A DNA stretch of 64,000 nt from Gammaproteobacteria bacterium (GCA_015491865.1 WFVD01000008.1:138002-202001); one strand, 5' to 3'; shown: positions 22,408-33,258, numbered from the stretch's first letter. Notes: generated by a model from the sequence alone, not told the origin. Translations and numbers: made by a program.

Positions 22408-25400
22408 ATGCCATTCAGGAACGCTATTTCACCATATGAGCAGGGTTTAAGTATGTTGGTCACGCAACAGTCACAGCGCTCACATCAGCAGCGAAATGCC
22501 ATCATCCGCTGGTTGTCTGTCGCTGTACTCGCTTTTGCTATTTCTGCTGAACCCTTCGCTGCCCCTGATATTGAAGCCGCTTTCCCCGCTGCAACCAATC
22601 TGGTCACAAACGGCCCTGTGCTGGCAAGTGCCTCGTTTGGCTCGAATAGCGGGGAGACGACAGGGCTTGGTGTCGGGCTGGATGCGGCGACCGCACTGAT
22701 TAACCCGCGCTTCCCAAAAGTGGCCGGCGGAGCCTCTAGCCAGATATACGCGGTTATTGAAGATGGCTTTGGTGGTTGGGTGATCGGGGGTGATTTCGAT
22801 ACGGTGGGCGGTGTGGCGCTAAGAAACCTCGCACATATCCAGGCCGACCTCAGTGTCAACAGTGCCTGGCGGCCCAATCCTGATGGTGTTGTCAGGGCGC
22901 TGCTGTTCCATACCGGCAGCAAGGGGCTGCGGCTGCTGGTCGGGGGGGATTTTACCCAGATCCATGGCGAGGCTCGTAGCTATTTTGCTGAGCTCCATAC
23001 CGGTTCGATATCCAAACCAGTGACCTCGCTGGATCTTTTTATAGATGCGCCGGTACATGCGATTGCCAAAGCAGATGAGACGCTGGTTTATATCGCCGGT
23101 GAGTTTACTGTTGTGCGCGGAACAGGTCCGCGAGATGATGATGGCGATGGGCATCTTGATGTCGATATTAATGGTTGGGTCAAGGTCGATATGGATGGCG
23201 ATGGCGTTTTTGAAACGTCGATGAATATTGTTGGTGATGGTGTCAATGATATTGATGTCGATGGCGATGGTGATATTGATATTGATGTGACGCTTGATGG
23301 TGTAGTGGATGCAGATATCAATGTCGATTATAGCCAGCCAGATCCAGCGCCATCATTAGATGTGCCGTTTGACCAGACCTATCCGCAGGTTTCTCGTCAA
23401 AGGATCGCCGCACTTGATCTGGATGCAGAAAGTAACGGCATGGTGGTGGATGAATGGAACCCGAATGCTGATGGTGTTGTGCGTACGATAGCGCTTGCAC
23501 CTGAGCGTAGTAAGCTCTATGTCGGCGGAGACTTTTTGAATATCTCCGTTGGTAGTGGTGCCAATATCAGTCGTCAACGCATCGCAGCATTGAATACAGC
23601 CAATAATATCAACATTATTACGACCTGGAATCCTGGTGGAGCATCAACAAATTCAATTTATGCAATGTACCTCGAAGAGTTCGGGATTGATAACGAAAGC
23701 GGTGAAGAGAACGGCCTGCTCTATGTGGGTGGTGATTTTACGGAGATAGGGGGCAAGTCACGTCAGAACTTTGCAGTACTTGATATCGCGCTGGCGGTGA
23801 ACAATGCGAATGCGTGGGATTTGCAGTTTGATGATGTTGTGCTTGCCATTGCGCGGGCAGACGAGACCTTCTTCATTGGCGGCGCGTTTAATTCGGTGAC
23901 GATAGAGGGTGTGGTGGAGAGTGACTTTAAACGCCTTGCTGCATTCAGGCGTGGCCCCGGAACATTGATTACTGCCTGGAACCCGGATGTTAATGGTGAT
24001 GTGAGTGCGCTAGCGGCCAGTGAGACTACAGGCATCGTCTATGCTGGAGGGAAGTTCAATTCTGTGGGTGACACATCGCGGCTTTACATTGGCGGCGATT
24101 TTACCTATATCGGGCCGAGTACCGGTAGCGGCGTGGTGGTGGATACCTCAGCCGGGATTGTGCAAAGCGGGTGGCCTGAGGTGAATGGTGATGTTTATGC
24201 AGCGATATCCGATGGTAGTGATGGTTGGTACATCGGCGGTAGTTTTAGTGAGATTACGGATAGTGTGTCGACCTATACCCGCAATAATGTGGCTCATATT
24301 AGTAGTGCGGGCACGGTGACCAGCTGGGATCCCAGTACGAACGGTGCTGTTCATGCGATGGCAGTGAACGGTACTTCGGTTTATATAGGAGGCGATTTCA
24401 CAACGATCGGTGGGCAGGCGAGAAACAATATTGCACTCACCGATAGCAGCGGCACGACGACCAGCTGGGATCCCGGTGCGAACGGTGTTGTTCGTACATT
24501 GGCAGTGAGTGGTACTTCTGTATACGCAGGAGGTGACTTCACGACAATCGGTGGGCAGGCGAGAAACTATGTTGCACTCATCGATAACAGCGGCACGACG
24601 ACCAGCTGGGATCCCGGTGCGAACGGTGTTGTTCGTACATTGGCGGTGAGTGGTACTTCTGTATACGCCGGGGGCGACTTCACGACAATCGGTGGGCAGG
24701 CGAGAAACCATGTTGCACTCATCGATAACAGCGGCGCGACGACCAGCTGGGATCCCGGTGCGAACGGTGTTGTTCGTACATTGGCAGTGAGTGGTACTTC
24801 TGTATACGCCGGGGGCGACTTCACGACAATCGGTGGGCAGGCGAGAAACCATGTTGCACTCATCGATAACAGCGGCGCAGCAGCGAGCTGGGACCCCAAT
24901 GCCGATGCGCCCGTTTCAGAACTCCTGTTCGATAGTGGCACCGTCTATGTCGGCGGTGATTTTAGCTTTATCGGTAGCCTATTACGTAATCGCGCGGCAG
25001 CATTTACAGTGGGTAGTAGTGTGGCAACGGCCTGGGCCCCTTCGGTTGGCAATAGCGTGCATGCGCTGTCGCCCGGTGCGGCGGGTATCTTTATTGGCGG
25101 TGCCTTCTCTTCCGTGGGTGGGGTTACACGAGAGCGAATCGCAGCCATCGATTTAAGTAGTGGTGGGCTTGATGCCAGTTTTAATGTTGGCACCAATGCA
25201 AGGATAACGACCATGCAGCTAAGCGGTGATGGCACGACACTCTATGTGGGCGGGGAGTTTACTTCCGTGGGTGGGCAGCCGCGTAACCATATCGCAGCAT
25301 TAAACACAGAGACCGGTGCAGCATACCCCTGGAACCCTGACATTAATGGTACTACATCAACAACCGCAGCATATGACATTGAACTGTCCGCAGCGGGCGA

Positions 25401-27183
25401 TCTGCTTTATGTAGGCGGTGCGTTTGAGACGATCGGCGGTGTAACAAGAAATAACCTTGGTGCCATATCGGTAGAGGATGGTGATGTGGCAGCGTGGGAC
25501 CCTTCTGCTGATGGTGCTGTTTATACCATCCAGCTAAGTGGTGATACATTGCTGGTTGGCGGTGATTTCCTTAATATGAACACCAATGGGCAGAACATCT
25601 CCCGTATGCGTCTTGCTGCATTAAATACAGAGGAGGATGTTGATAACGCCACTCCATGGGCACCGGCAGCTGATGCAACGGTACGCGATATGGCCCTTGC
25701 GGGGAGTACGCTCTATATTGGTGGCGACTTCACGCAGATCAATGATAGTGGTTTTACGCGTTCGCGAAACTATCTTGCCGCCCTCGATACCGCGGCCAAC
25801 GCGTTTAATCTCCTCGGCTGGAACCCCGATGCGAATGGCCGTGTGCATGCCATCGCGTTAACAGATGATGCCGTCTTCGTTGGCGGCGACTTTACCAGTA
25901 TCGGTGGCGCGACACCGCGTGAACGCCTTGCCGCCCTCGACTTTCTGGACGGTAACCCGCTGGCGTGGTGGGATCTTCGGGCCAGTTCCGCAGTGCCAGC
26001 CGGCGCTTCCGCTACAGTACGTCACCTGGGGATAAGCGAGGTGGGTGATCGCATGATTATCTCGGGTGACTTTCGTGAGATCACGACAACAGCACCGACA
26101 ACAACCTACTTAAGACAGGGGTTAACAGCGGTTGATATCGCTTTTCCCCATATGGTTACGAACCCACCTGCCGGCGCGTATCAGGTCGCACAATCTGTCA
26201 CGATGAGCTGTATTGATGTCCCAAAGAGTTGTACGCAATCGATTTACTATACAGTCAATAGCACTGCCGATCCTGTGGTCTCAGGTTCGCCGCCATCGCA
26301 GTCGATCCTTATCTCGGATAATACGACGCTGAAGATGTTGACGGAAGACGATGCGGGTAATCAATCTGGCATACAGTCATCACTCTATATTATTGATTCT
26401 TTACCGCCAGAGACAACGGCAACACCTGCTGGACGAGGGACAGATGGAAAGATTCTGAATAATAGTGATGATCGAGAAATAACACTGGACTGTGTTGATA
26501 GCGGTGGGGCAGGCTGTGCAGAGACCTACTACACCCTTGATGGCTCCAATCCGACGGATAGCTCGATAGTCTATACCGGCCCGATTGAGCTTAATGAAAA
26601 TACCACATTGAAATATATCTCATTTGATCAGGCACGCAATGATGAGACAGCGGGCTCTGGTATCAAGGAAGATCAATACTGGGTCGATTTAACACCGCCT
26701 ACGGTAGCTCCCGACCCGCCGACAGGAGTGTTCTATTCTGCGGATCTTAGCGTCACATTGTTATGTAGTGATGACCCCGACGTGACGCCGGCATCGATAG
26801 GCGATATCCCCGATGCGAGTGACCCGCCTGACCCTAATGACCCGCCCATTACCGGTACACCCGCTAGTGAGGATAACAGTAACCGTACGGCAACGGGGTG
26901 TTCCGGTGTCTATTACACCCTGGATGATACGACACCGACAATCAACTCTACCCTCTATACAGGGCCTATTACATTTTCAGAAAGCACCATTATAAAATTT
27001 ATTGCGATAGACCATGCCGGTAATGAAGGGGTGGTTGAGCGCGCGAGCTATGTTCGAAATTACAGTGATAATGCGGGAAGCGCAGGGCCGATAGGGCTCA
27101 TATTACTACTGCCATGGCTCTATTGGCGCACTCGAAGGGTTTGCCGTGCCGGTTTGCTACACCATAGCAGAGGGAGCGTCTGA
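22408..27183 (+). CDS. Giant secreted/surface repeat protein: YxGGxFT beta-propeller-type repeats, chitobiase-like Ig domains, GlyGly-CTERM-like anchor
   Basis: Signal-peptide-like hydrophobic stretch, many WnPxxNGxVxA...YxGGDFT units, YYTLDGSNPT domains, and a C-terminal GSAGPIGLILLLPWLYWRTRR. Start codon uncertain (22408 or 22453). Confidence 0.85.
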   Translation: MPFRNAISPYEQGLSMLVTQQSQRSHQQRNAIIRWLSVAVLAFAISAEPFAAPDIEAAFPAATNLVTNGPVLASASFGSNSGETTGLGVGLDAATALINPRFPKVAGGASSQIYAVIEDGFGGWVIGGDFDTVGGVALRNLAHIQADLSVNSAWRPNPDGVVRALLFHTGSKGLRLLVGGDFTQIHGEARSYFAELHTGSISKPVTSLDLFIDAPVHAIAKADETLVYIAGEFTVVRGTGPRDDDGDGHLDVDINGWVKVDMDGDGVFETSMNIVGDGVNDIDVDGDGDIDIDVTLDGVVDADINVDYSQPDPAPSLDVPFDQTYPQVSRQRIAALDLDAESNGMVVDEWNPNADGVVRTIALAPERSKLYVGGDFLNISVGSGANISRQRIAALNTANNINIITTWNPGGASTNSIYAMYLEEFGIDNESGEENGLLYVGGDFTEIGGKSRQNFAVLDIALAVNNANAWDLQFDDVVLAIARADETFFIGGAFNSVTIEGVVESDFKRLAAFRRGPGTLITAWNPDVNGDVSALAASETTGIVYAGGKFNSVGDTSRLYIGGDFTYIGPSTGSGVVVDTSAGIVQSGWPEVNGDVYAAISDGSDGWYIGGSFSEITDSVSTYTRNNVAHISSAGTVTSWDPSTNGAVHAMAVNGTSVYIGGDFTTIGGQARNNIALTDSSGTTTSWDPGANGVVRTLAVSGTSVYAGGDFTTIGGQARNYVALIDNSGTTTSWDPGANGVVRTLAVSGTSVYAGGDFTTIGGQARNHVALIDNSGATTSWDPGANGVVRTLAVSGTSVYAGGDFTTIGGQARNHVALIDNSGAAASWDPNADAPVSELLFDSGTVYVGGDFSFIGSLLRNRAAAFTVGSSVATAWAPSVGNSVHALSPGAAGIFIGGAFSSVGGVTRERIAAIDLSSGGLDASFNVGTNARITTMQLSGDGTTLYVGGEFTSVGGQPRNHIAALNTETGAAYPWNPDINGTTSTTAAYDIELSAAGDLLYVGGAFETIGGVTRNNLGAISVEDGDVAAWDPSADGAVYTIQLSGDTLLVGGDFLNMNTNGQNISRMRLAALNTEEDVDNATPWAPAADATVRDMALAGSTLYIGGDFTQINDSGFTRSRNYLAALDTAANAFNLLGWNPDANGRVHAIALTDDAVFVGGDFTSIGGATPRERLAALDFLDGNPLAWWDLRASSAVPAGASATVRHLGISEVGDRMIISGDFREITTTAPTTTYLRQGLTAVDIAFPHMVTNPPAGAYQVAQSVTMSCIDVPKSCTQSIYYTVNSTADPVVSGSPPSQSILISDNTTLKMLTEDDAGNQSGIQSSLYIIDSLPPETTATPAGRGTDGKILNNSDDREITLDCVDSGGAGCAETYYTLDGSNPTDSSIVYTGPIELNENTTLKYISFDQARNDETAGSGIKEDQYWVDLTPPTVAPDPPTGVFYSADLSVTLLCSDDPDVTPASIGDIPDASDPPDPNDPPITGTPASEDNSNRTATGCSGVYYTLDDTTPTINSTLYTGPITFSESTIIKFIAIDHAGNEGVVERASYVRNYSDNAGSAGPIGLILLLPWLYWRTRRVCRAGLLHHSRGSV
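24321..24893 (+). repeat. Intragenic 141-bp (47-aa) tandem repeat, 4 units plus the start of a fifth
   Basis: (c/g)agctggga recurs at 24321, 24462, 24603, 24744 and 24885; the middle units are nearly identical at DNA level. Confidence 0.93.
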
Positions 27184-30100
27184 TGAGGATGGCTGGTATC
27201 GATGGAAATGGCTGCTGGATTAAACATCTTTGGCGGTGTGTCATCGCGCTGCCAGCTCTTTTGTTGATGTCGGTGGAGGCTGGCGCGGTTGCCACGCCTC
27301 GGGCCGATGTGTGGCAACCCAACGGGCCGGTGTACGCTGTCGAGATGTCAAAAGAGGATGGCGCCAATAGTGTCTATGTCGGCGGCGATTTTACCTATGT
27401 CGGCCCCGGCCCTGGCTCCAGTTCCGGCAACGCAGCGGCCGTTAGCATGGCCACCCCATATTATCCTGCTGTCACCCCTGGCTTTAACGGCCCTGTCTAT
27501 GCGGTGGTACCGGGGCCGAATGACGGCTGGTATGTTGGCGGAGCTTTTGACACCGTGGTGGATAAAGAGGGTAATTTGATACCACGCAATAATCTTGCGC
27601 AGATCGATGCCGAAGGTAATGTTCTGAACTGGGATCCTAACATTGGTTCATCGCTTGCGAGTGATCGTGTCAATGTGCTGTTTTATGATGCCCTGAATGA
27701 TCGGCTCTATGTCGGTGGCAACTTTACATCGGTCAATACCGATACGGTGAATGATGAGCCGAGAAATAATCTGGCTGCATTTGATACGACAGTGGATACC
27801 AATAATGCTATCCCATGGAATCCGAATGCTAATGCGGAAGTCCTGTCGATGGCATATGATGCAGGTAACAATCTGCTTTATGTCGGCGGCGCCTTTACTA
27901 CCATCGATGCGCAGACAAGAAATTATATTGCTGCGCTAAATGTTAACCATACCACTACACCCGCTCCTGGTGATTACGATGCAGGATGGGATGCCAATGT
28001 TAACAATGTCGTGAGGGCGCTAAGTCTAGATCTGCCCAATGGGCGTCTATATGCCGGTGGTGACTTTACCCAGGTGAACGGGGGGGCAGCACAGCGCAAC
28101 TATCTGGCTCTGTTTGATACCACCAGTGCGAGTGACCTCGGCTGGAACCCCGATGCCGATGCAAGCGTACGTGCGCTATGGTATTTCGAAAATCGACTCT
28201 ATATCGGTGGTGATTTCACGACTATCAAATCAAATCCAAGGGGCGCTTTTGTCGTGGTTGATGTGTCAGATATCGCATCACCTGTCTCCACCAGTGATCT
28301 TCTTCTGGGTGGATTAATACCACCGTTTACCGGTGCAACCAGCGTGCGTGTGAATCAGATAATTGCCGGTAGCAGTGTAATTTATGTTGCCTGGCAGGGA
28401 GTGCTTGATGGTGATTTGCTGGGGCGGATGCAGGTGCTTGATGCGAGTGATGGTGCTGTTCAGTGGTACACCGATGCCGATGGCCCAATCAATGCGTTCT
28501 GGCCGTCAGGGACAAAGCTGTTAATCGGTGGTGAATTTGCTTCAGGTGGTGGTCGCATTCGGAGCAATCTTGCAGAAATTAACATTAGCACCGGTACGGG
28601 AAACAGTGTCGGTGCAGCGACGGACTGGCGTGTGTATGTGGATGGCCCGGTGCATAGCCTTGAGTCAAAGAGCGATGGCCTTGCACTTTATATTGGCGGC
28701 AGCTTTACCAGGGTGGGTGACACATTAACGCCACGCGACAACATCGCACTGCTCAGCACCATCGGAACAGAGGTGGGGGCGAGCGCCTGGGCGCCATCGA
28801 TAACGGGCACAGTAGTGAAAACAATGGCGCTTTCACCCGATGAGACCATGCTCTACGTTGGGGGTGATTTCACGGCCATCGAAAACCAGCCGCGTGCCAA
28901 TATCGCAGCACTTGATACCTCGGTGGTGGGTGAGAATGGGGATAATGTATTAACCACCTGGAACCCGGGTTCCAGTCCTGGTGCAGATGGTGTGGTCCAT
29001 ACGCTAGTGGTCAGCAGCGATGGTAATCTGGTCTTTGCTGGTGGCGACTTTACCATTATCGGCGGGGTAAGCCGCTCGCGGGTCGCCGCGATCAGGGTCT
29101 CTAACGGCATCCCGCTTTCCGATGATTTATGGGCGATCACAGCACCCGCTGCGGTGAATGGTGTGGTGCGCTCGCTGGTGTTGAGCGGGGATGATAAGCA
29201 GCTGTTTCTTGGTGGCGACTTTACGGCAATAGATGATGGCACTATTCAGATGAGAAACCGTGTTGCTGCACTTGAGGTGGTCAGTGGCCAGTGGCGTGTA
29301 GCGGGCGCGGTTGATCCCAATGTTGATCTCAATGTGATTGCACCTGTCGCGACGAGCAGTATCTATTCTCTTGCCCTTTCGAGTGACGATCGCATGCTAT
29401 GGCTGGGTGGGGATTTTACCGAGGTCACCAATAATACCGATAGATCAAGAGATAATGTGGCACGCTATAATTTAAGTGAAGCGGCGGAAAATGATCTGAC
29501 AAGCTGGAATCCCGTGATTACCGGCAGTGGCCCCGCGGGATTCCTGCCCGGCGGGCCGCTGGTTCATGCTGTTGAGCGAAGCGCCGATGATAGTCAGGCG
29601 ATTATTGGCGGTAATTTTACGGCAGTTGGTGCCACACCTGCACCCCATCAATACCTGGCTGTGTTTGATACCACGCGCCCAACAGTCATTAACCATGTGG
29701 CGGGTGGTTTTTATAATACGAACCCATTGAGAGTGCCGATCTCCTGCTCGTACGCTCCGACAGCCGAATCATGCAGTATTTTTTATACAATTAACGGGCC
29801 TGAGCCGACCCAGGCACTTGTTCCATACGACTATATTCAGCCGCCCCCCGCACCGCCGGAACCGCCGCCGCCACCACCGATACCCGACGACCTCACTGCT
29901 GCCACATCAGTGCTTCAGTTTTTTGCGCGAGACGCGCACGGCTCGGTGAGTGAAACCATCTCGGTCACCTATGGGATCGATGCCACCTATCCAACGACGG
30001 TCGCGCAACCAAGTGAAATATTGCCGGATCTGTTATTTGATGTGGGTGTGCCAGAGGTGGCCGACACCGAGGTGAGAATCGCACTGGTGTGTGATGACCA

Positions 30101-31310
30101 GGGGGGGGCAAACTGTAACCAGACTTTTTACACCACGGATAATTCTGATCCCCATAATGGAGATGATGGCACGCCTGGTTTGACAGCTAACCTGTATAGC
30201 GAACCACTCACGCCAAAACAGCTTCTGCCACTGAAGTCATCAACGCTGGCGGATCTGACGGAGGCAGAAGAGGCAGTTTATTATGATATGACCCTGGCCG
30301 ACATTGTGACGACTGAGGAAAACGCCGCATACCGTGTTGATCTGAGCGCCTTTACCCTGGGGGATGTCCCGCGTGCGGCTGTGGCGCTAACGAGTATCAG
30401 CCTGGATCGTGTCAGAGAGCATGTCGATCTGGCTGAGATCAGACTGGACTCGCTGACATCAAACATACTCGATAATGTGGTCGATCCCAGCAATGTGCCC
30501 GACGATGCAGAGACACTGGCTGATCTGAATGAAGACGAGCTGGATCTGACCCAGGTGACATTGGGTTCCATTTCAGGCAGTGCCTATTCGCTGGATGAGA
30601 TTCCCGCTGCACTTGCGCCCCCACCGACCTATATTCTTGCTTCACAGGTGCCATTAATTCAGGTCTTTCTGGATGGAACAGAGGATGACATTGTTCTGCG
30701 TGCCGTCAGGCGTGAGCGTGTCTCGCTGGAGCAGATCCCGGCCGAGTTTATCCCGGGTTCGAGACTCTATGGGCTGGTAAACCTGCAGTTTTTTTCGACT
30801 GACCGGGCGGGTAATAGTGAGGTGCTCAACCCCGCTAACCCCGGCGCAAAAAGCCAGCTGTATTACGTTGATATCGGGCCGCCCAGAACGACAGCAGAGC
30901 CGAACACGGAGGGCAATGTATTTACTTCCGAGATTCATGTGGTGCTGACCTGCTATGACTTTGAAGATGTTGCGGCCGACGCGACAAAGCTGGGTGGTGT
31001 GACAGGTTCCGGCTGTAAAGAGAACGGGATCTACTACACGACGAATGAAAGCGAACCCAACCCTGATGACGCCGGTCCAGGCAAGTCGACCCAGATTTAT
31101 ACTGGACCGATTCCGATCTCAAAAGCGACGGTGTTGCGCTATCTGTCGGTCGATAATATGGGTAACGCAGAAAGTGCAAAGTTTGAGGTCTACGCCTTTA
31201 CCTTCAGCAGTGTTGGTAAAAGTGGCGTCGGCACAAGCGATTTAGCGATCTGGCTCTTCGCACTGCTGGGGTTGGGGCTACGCTGGCGAGTAACGCGGGC
31301 GGCAAGTTAA
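27183..31310 (+). CDS. Second giant surface repeat protein, paralogous architecture
   Basis: Signal peptide, YVGGDFT repeats, FYTT/YYTT chitobiase-like domains, poly-Pro linker, C-terminal GKSGVGTSDLAIWLFALLGLGLRWR anchor; start overlaps the upstream stop (TGATG). Confidence 0.85.
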   Translation: MRMAGIDGNGCWIKHLWRCVIALPALLLMSVEAGAVATPRADVWQPNGPVYAVEMSKEDGANSVYVGGDFTYVGPGPGSSSGNAAAVSMATPYYPAVTPGFNGPVYAVVPGPNDGWYVGGAFDTVVDKEGNLIPRNNLAQIDAEGNVLNWDPNIGSSLASDRVNVLFYDALNDRLYVGGNFTSVNTDTVNDEPRNNLAAFDTTVDTNNAIPWNPNANAEVLSMAYDAGNNLLYVGGAFTTIDAQTRNYIAALNVNHTTTPAPGDYDAGWDANVNNVVRALSLDLPNGRLYAGGDFTQVNGGAAQRNYLALFDTTSASDLGWNPDADASVRALWYFENRLYIGGDFTTIKSNPRGAFVVVDVSDIASPVSTSDLLLGGLIPPFTGATSVRVNQIIAGSSVIYVAWQGVLDGDLLGRMQVLDASDGAVQWYTDADGPINAFWPSGTKLLIGGEFASGGGRIRSNLAEINISTGTGNSVGAATDWRVYVDGPVHSLESKSDGLALYIGGSFTRVGDTLTPRDNIALLSTIGTEVGASAWAPSITGTVVKTMALSPDETMLYVGGDFTAIENQPRANIAALDTSVVGENGDNVLTTWNPGSSPGADGVVHTLVVSSDGNLVFAGGDFTIIGGVSRSRVAAIRVSNGIPLSDDLWAITAPAAVNGVVRSLVLSGDDKQLFLGGDFTAIDDGTIQMRNRVAALEVVSGQWRVAGAVDPNVDLNVIAPVATSSIYSLALSSDDRMLWLGGDFTEVTNNTDRSRDNVARYNLSEAAENDLTSWNPVITGSGPAGFLPGGPLVHAVERSADDSQAIIGGNFTAVGATPAPHQYLAVFDTTRPTVINHVAGGFYNTNPLRVPISCSYAPTAESCSIFYTINGPEPTQALVPYDYIQPPPAPPEPPPPPPIPDDLTAATSVLQFFARDAHGSVSETISVTYGIDATYPTTVAQPSEILPDLLFDVGVPEVADTEVRIALVCDDQGGANCNQTFYTTDNSDPHNGDDGTPGLTANLYSEPLTPKQLLPLKSSTLADLTEAEEAVYYDMTLADIVTTEENAAYRVDLSAFTLGDVPRAAVALTSISLDRVREHVDLAEIRLDSLTSNILDNVVDPSNVPDDAETLADLNEDELDLTQVTLGSISGSAYSLDEIPAALAPPPTYILASQVPLIQVFLDGTEDDIVLRAVRRERVSLEQIPAEFIPGSRLYGLVNLQFFSTDRAGNSEVLNPANPGAKSQLYYVDIGPPRTTAEPNTEGNVFTSEIHVVLTCYDFEDVAADATKLGGVTGSGCKENGIYYTTNESEPNPDDAGPGKSTQIYTGPIPISKATVLRYLSVDNMGNAESAKFEVYAFTFSSVGKSGVGTSDLAIWLFALLGLGLRWRVTRAAS

Positions 31311-31334
31311 ACTAGCGCCCGTTTCAGATGTTGT

Positions 31335-32909
31335 TTAATGTCTGAAGTGGCGCATACCGGTAAAGACCATCGCCATCCCGTGCTTATTGGCGGCATCGAT
31401 CACTTCCTGGTCTCGCATTGAACCGCCGGGTTGAATCACCGCTGTGATGCCCGCTTCAGCAGCGGCATCAATACCATCGCGGAATGGAAAGAAGGCATCA
31501 CTTGCCATCACAGAGCCTTTAACCTGCAGGCCGGCATCGGCTGCCTTGATGGCCGCGATGCGGGCACTATAAACACGGCTCATCTGACCCGCACCCACAC
31601 CGATCGTGGTGAGTTCCTTGCCATAGACAATGGAATTTGATTTAACAAATTTAGCCACCTTCCAGCTAAACAGCAGGTCTCTCATCATCTCATCTGACGG
31701 GGCGATCTCTGTCACAACCTTAAGATCGTCTGCGGTGACCATCGCGGTATCTGCGCTCTGTAACAGCATGCCGCCGTTTACGCGACGGTAGTCAAGAGAT
31801 GTGCTGCGCGCCTGTGGCCACTCACCACAGGCCAGCAGCCGCACATTCCCTTTTTCAGCTACGGTTGTCATCGCCCCTTTGGTCACTGATGGGGCGATGA
31901 TAACTTCAACAAACTGGCGGTCGATGATTGCACGCGCCGCTTCAGTATCAAGCGGACGATTAAAGGCGATAATCCCACCAAAAGCAGAGGTCGGATCGGT
32001 TTTATAGGCACGGTCATAGGCGTCAAACAGTGAGCCGGCAACCGCAACACCACAGGGATTGGCATGCTTCACGATCACACAGGCGGGTCGATCAAACTGT
32101 TTGACACATTCCAGTGCCGCATCAGTATCTGCGATGTTATTGAATGAGAGCGCCTTTCCTTGCAGCTGTGCTGCCGTGGCGACGCACGCTTCCTGCGCGC
32201 GCGCTTCAATATAGAACGCTGCCTTCTGATGGGGGTTCTCACCATAGCGTAGCTCCTGTGCCTTAATGAACTGCGCATTGAAGCTGTGCGGAAAGGCAGC
32301 TCGATTTTTATTGGAGAGGCCGCCATCGGTAATACTGCCGAGATAGTTAGCGATGGTACTGTCGTATGCAGCAGTGTGTTCGAAAGCCTTTACCGCCAGT
32401 GAAAAGCGCGTTGCATGACTGAGCGCAGTACCGTTTTCAGCCATCTCTTCGAGCACTTCAGCGTAGTCATTTGAGTCGACAACAATCGCTACGTCGCGAT
32501 GGTTCTTGGCGGCAGCGCGCACCATGGTCGGGCCGCCGATATCGATATTCTCAATCGCCATTGGCAGGTCGCAGTCGCCTCTGGCGACGGTCTGTTCAAA
32601 GGGGTAGAGGTTAACCACCACCAGATCGATCGCTGCGATGTTATGTTCAGCCATCGCATCGCCATCGACATCGCGCCGCCCAAGAATACCGCCGTGAATC
32701 TTTGGGTGCAGCGTTTTGAGTCGTCCATCCATCATCTCTGGAAAGCCTGTGTGGTCTGAGACCTCAATCACATCGACGCCGTTATCAGCGAGGAGTTTGG
32801 CGGTGCCGCCGGTTGAGAGAATCTCCACCTTCATCGACTGTAGCCCCTGGGCAAATGCTAGAATATTGGTCTTGTCCGAGACACTGATAAGTGCGCGTTT
32901 AATCGTCAT
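31335..32909 (-). CDS. purH: Bifunctional AICAR formyltransferase / IMP cyclohydrolase
   Basis: [57 protein letters not shown]. Confidence 0.98.
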   Translation of the reverse strand: MTIKRALISVSDKTNILAFAQGLQSMKVEILSTGGTAKLLADNGVDVIEVSDHTGFPEMMDGRLKTLHPKIHGGILGRRDVDGDAMAEHNIAAIDLVVVNLYPFEQTVARGDCDLPMAIENIDIGGPTMVRAAAKNHRDVAIVVDSNDYAEVLEEMAENGTALSHATRFSLAVKAFEHTAAYDSTIANYLGSITDGGLSNKNRAAFPHSFNAQFIKAQELRYGENPHQKAAFYIEARAQEACVATAAQLQGKALSFNNIADTDAALECVKQFDRPACVIVKHANPCGVAVAGSLFDAYDRAYKTDPTSAFGGIIAFNRPLDTEAARAIIDRQFVEVIIAPSVTKGAMTTVAEKGNVRLLACGEWPQARSTSLDYRRVNGGMLLQSADTAMVTADDLKVVTEIAPSDEMMRDLLFSWKVAKFVKSNSIVYGKELTTIGVGAGQMSRVYSARIAAIKAADAGLQVKGSVMASDAFFPFRDGIDAAAEAGITAVIQPGGSMRDQEVIDAANKHGMAMVFTGMRHFRH

Positions 32910-33000
32910 GATGGCTGAGTCTTTAAGTTGGGTTATACGGGGTGGCTGCAGTATCGAAAGTAGCGAATAAATTAACGGGTTCGATAGCGCAGTCGTCTGG

Positions 33001-33258
33001 TTAATTATTCAGATTATAAATTTCGAGTTTTTTACGCAGCGTGCTGCGATTGATGCCGAGAATTTCAGACGCTTTGCTCTGATTGCCGCGGGTGTAGTCC
33101 AGCACCGCTTTTAACAGCGGTTGTTCAACCTCATGCAGTACCATGCGGTAGAGGTCGGCGGGCTGGTGCCCATCGAGGTCATGAAAATAGCGTTCAAGTG
33201 CGGCATCAATACATGCGCTGATCGGTTGTTTCCGACGTTCCTGTTTATCTGTTCTCAT
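33001..33258 (-). CDS. fis: DNA-binding protein Fis
   Basis: [14 protein letters not shown]...[23 protein letters not shown], directly downstream of dusB. Confidence 0.95.
   Translation of the reverse strand: MRTDKQERRKQPISACIDAALERYFHDLDGHQPADLYRMVLHEVEQPLLKAVLDYTRGNQSKASEILGINRSTLRKKLEIYNLNN

Noticed and set aside
24321..24893. Tandem repeat as a CRISPR array
   Set aside because: Units are 141 bp, contiguous, in frame inside a CDS, with no unique spacers.
30210..30770. Insert in the second giant protein as an intein
   Set aside because: No Hint-domain blocks, His-Asn end or endonuclease motifs.
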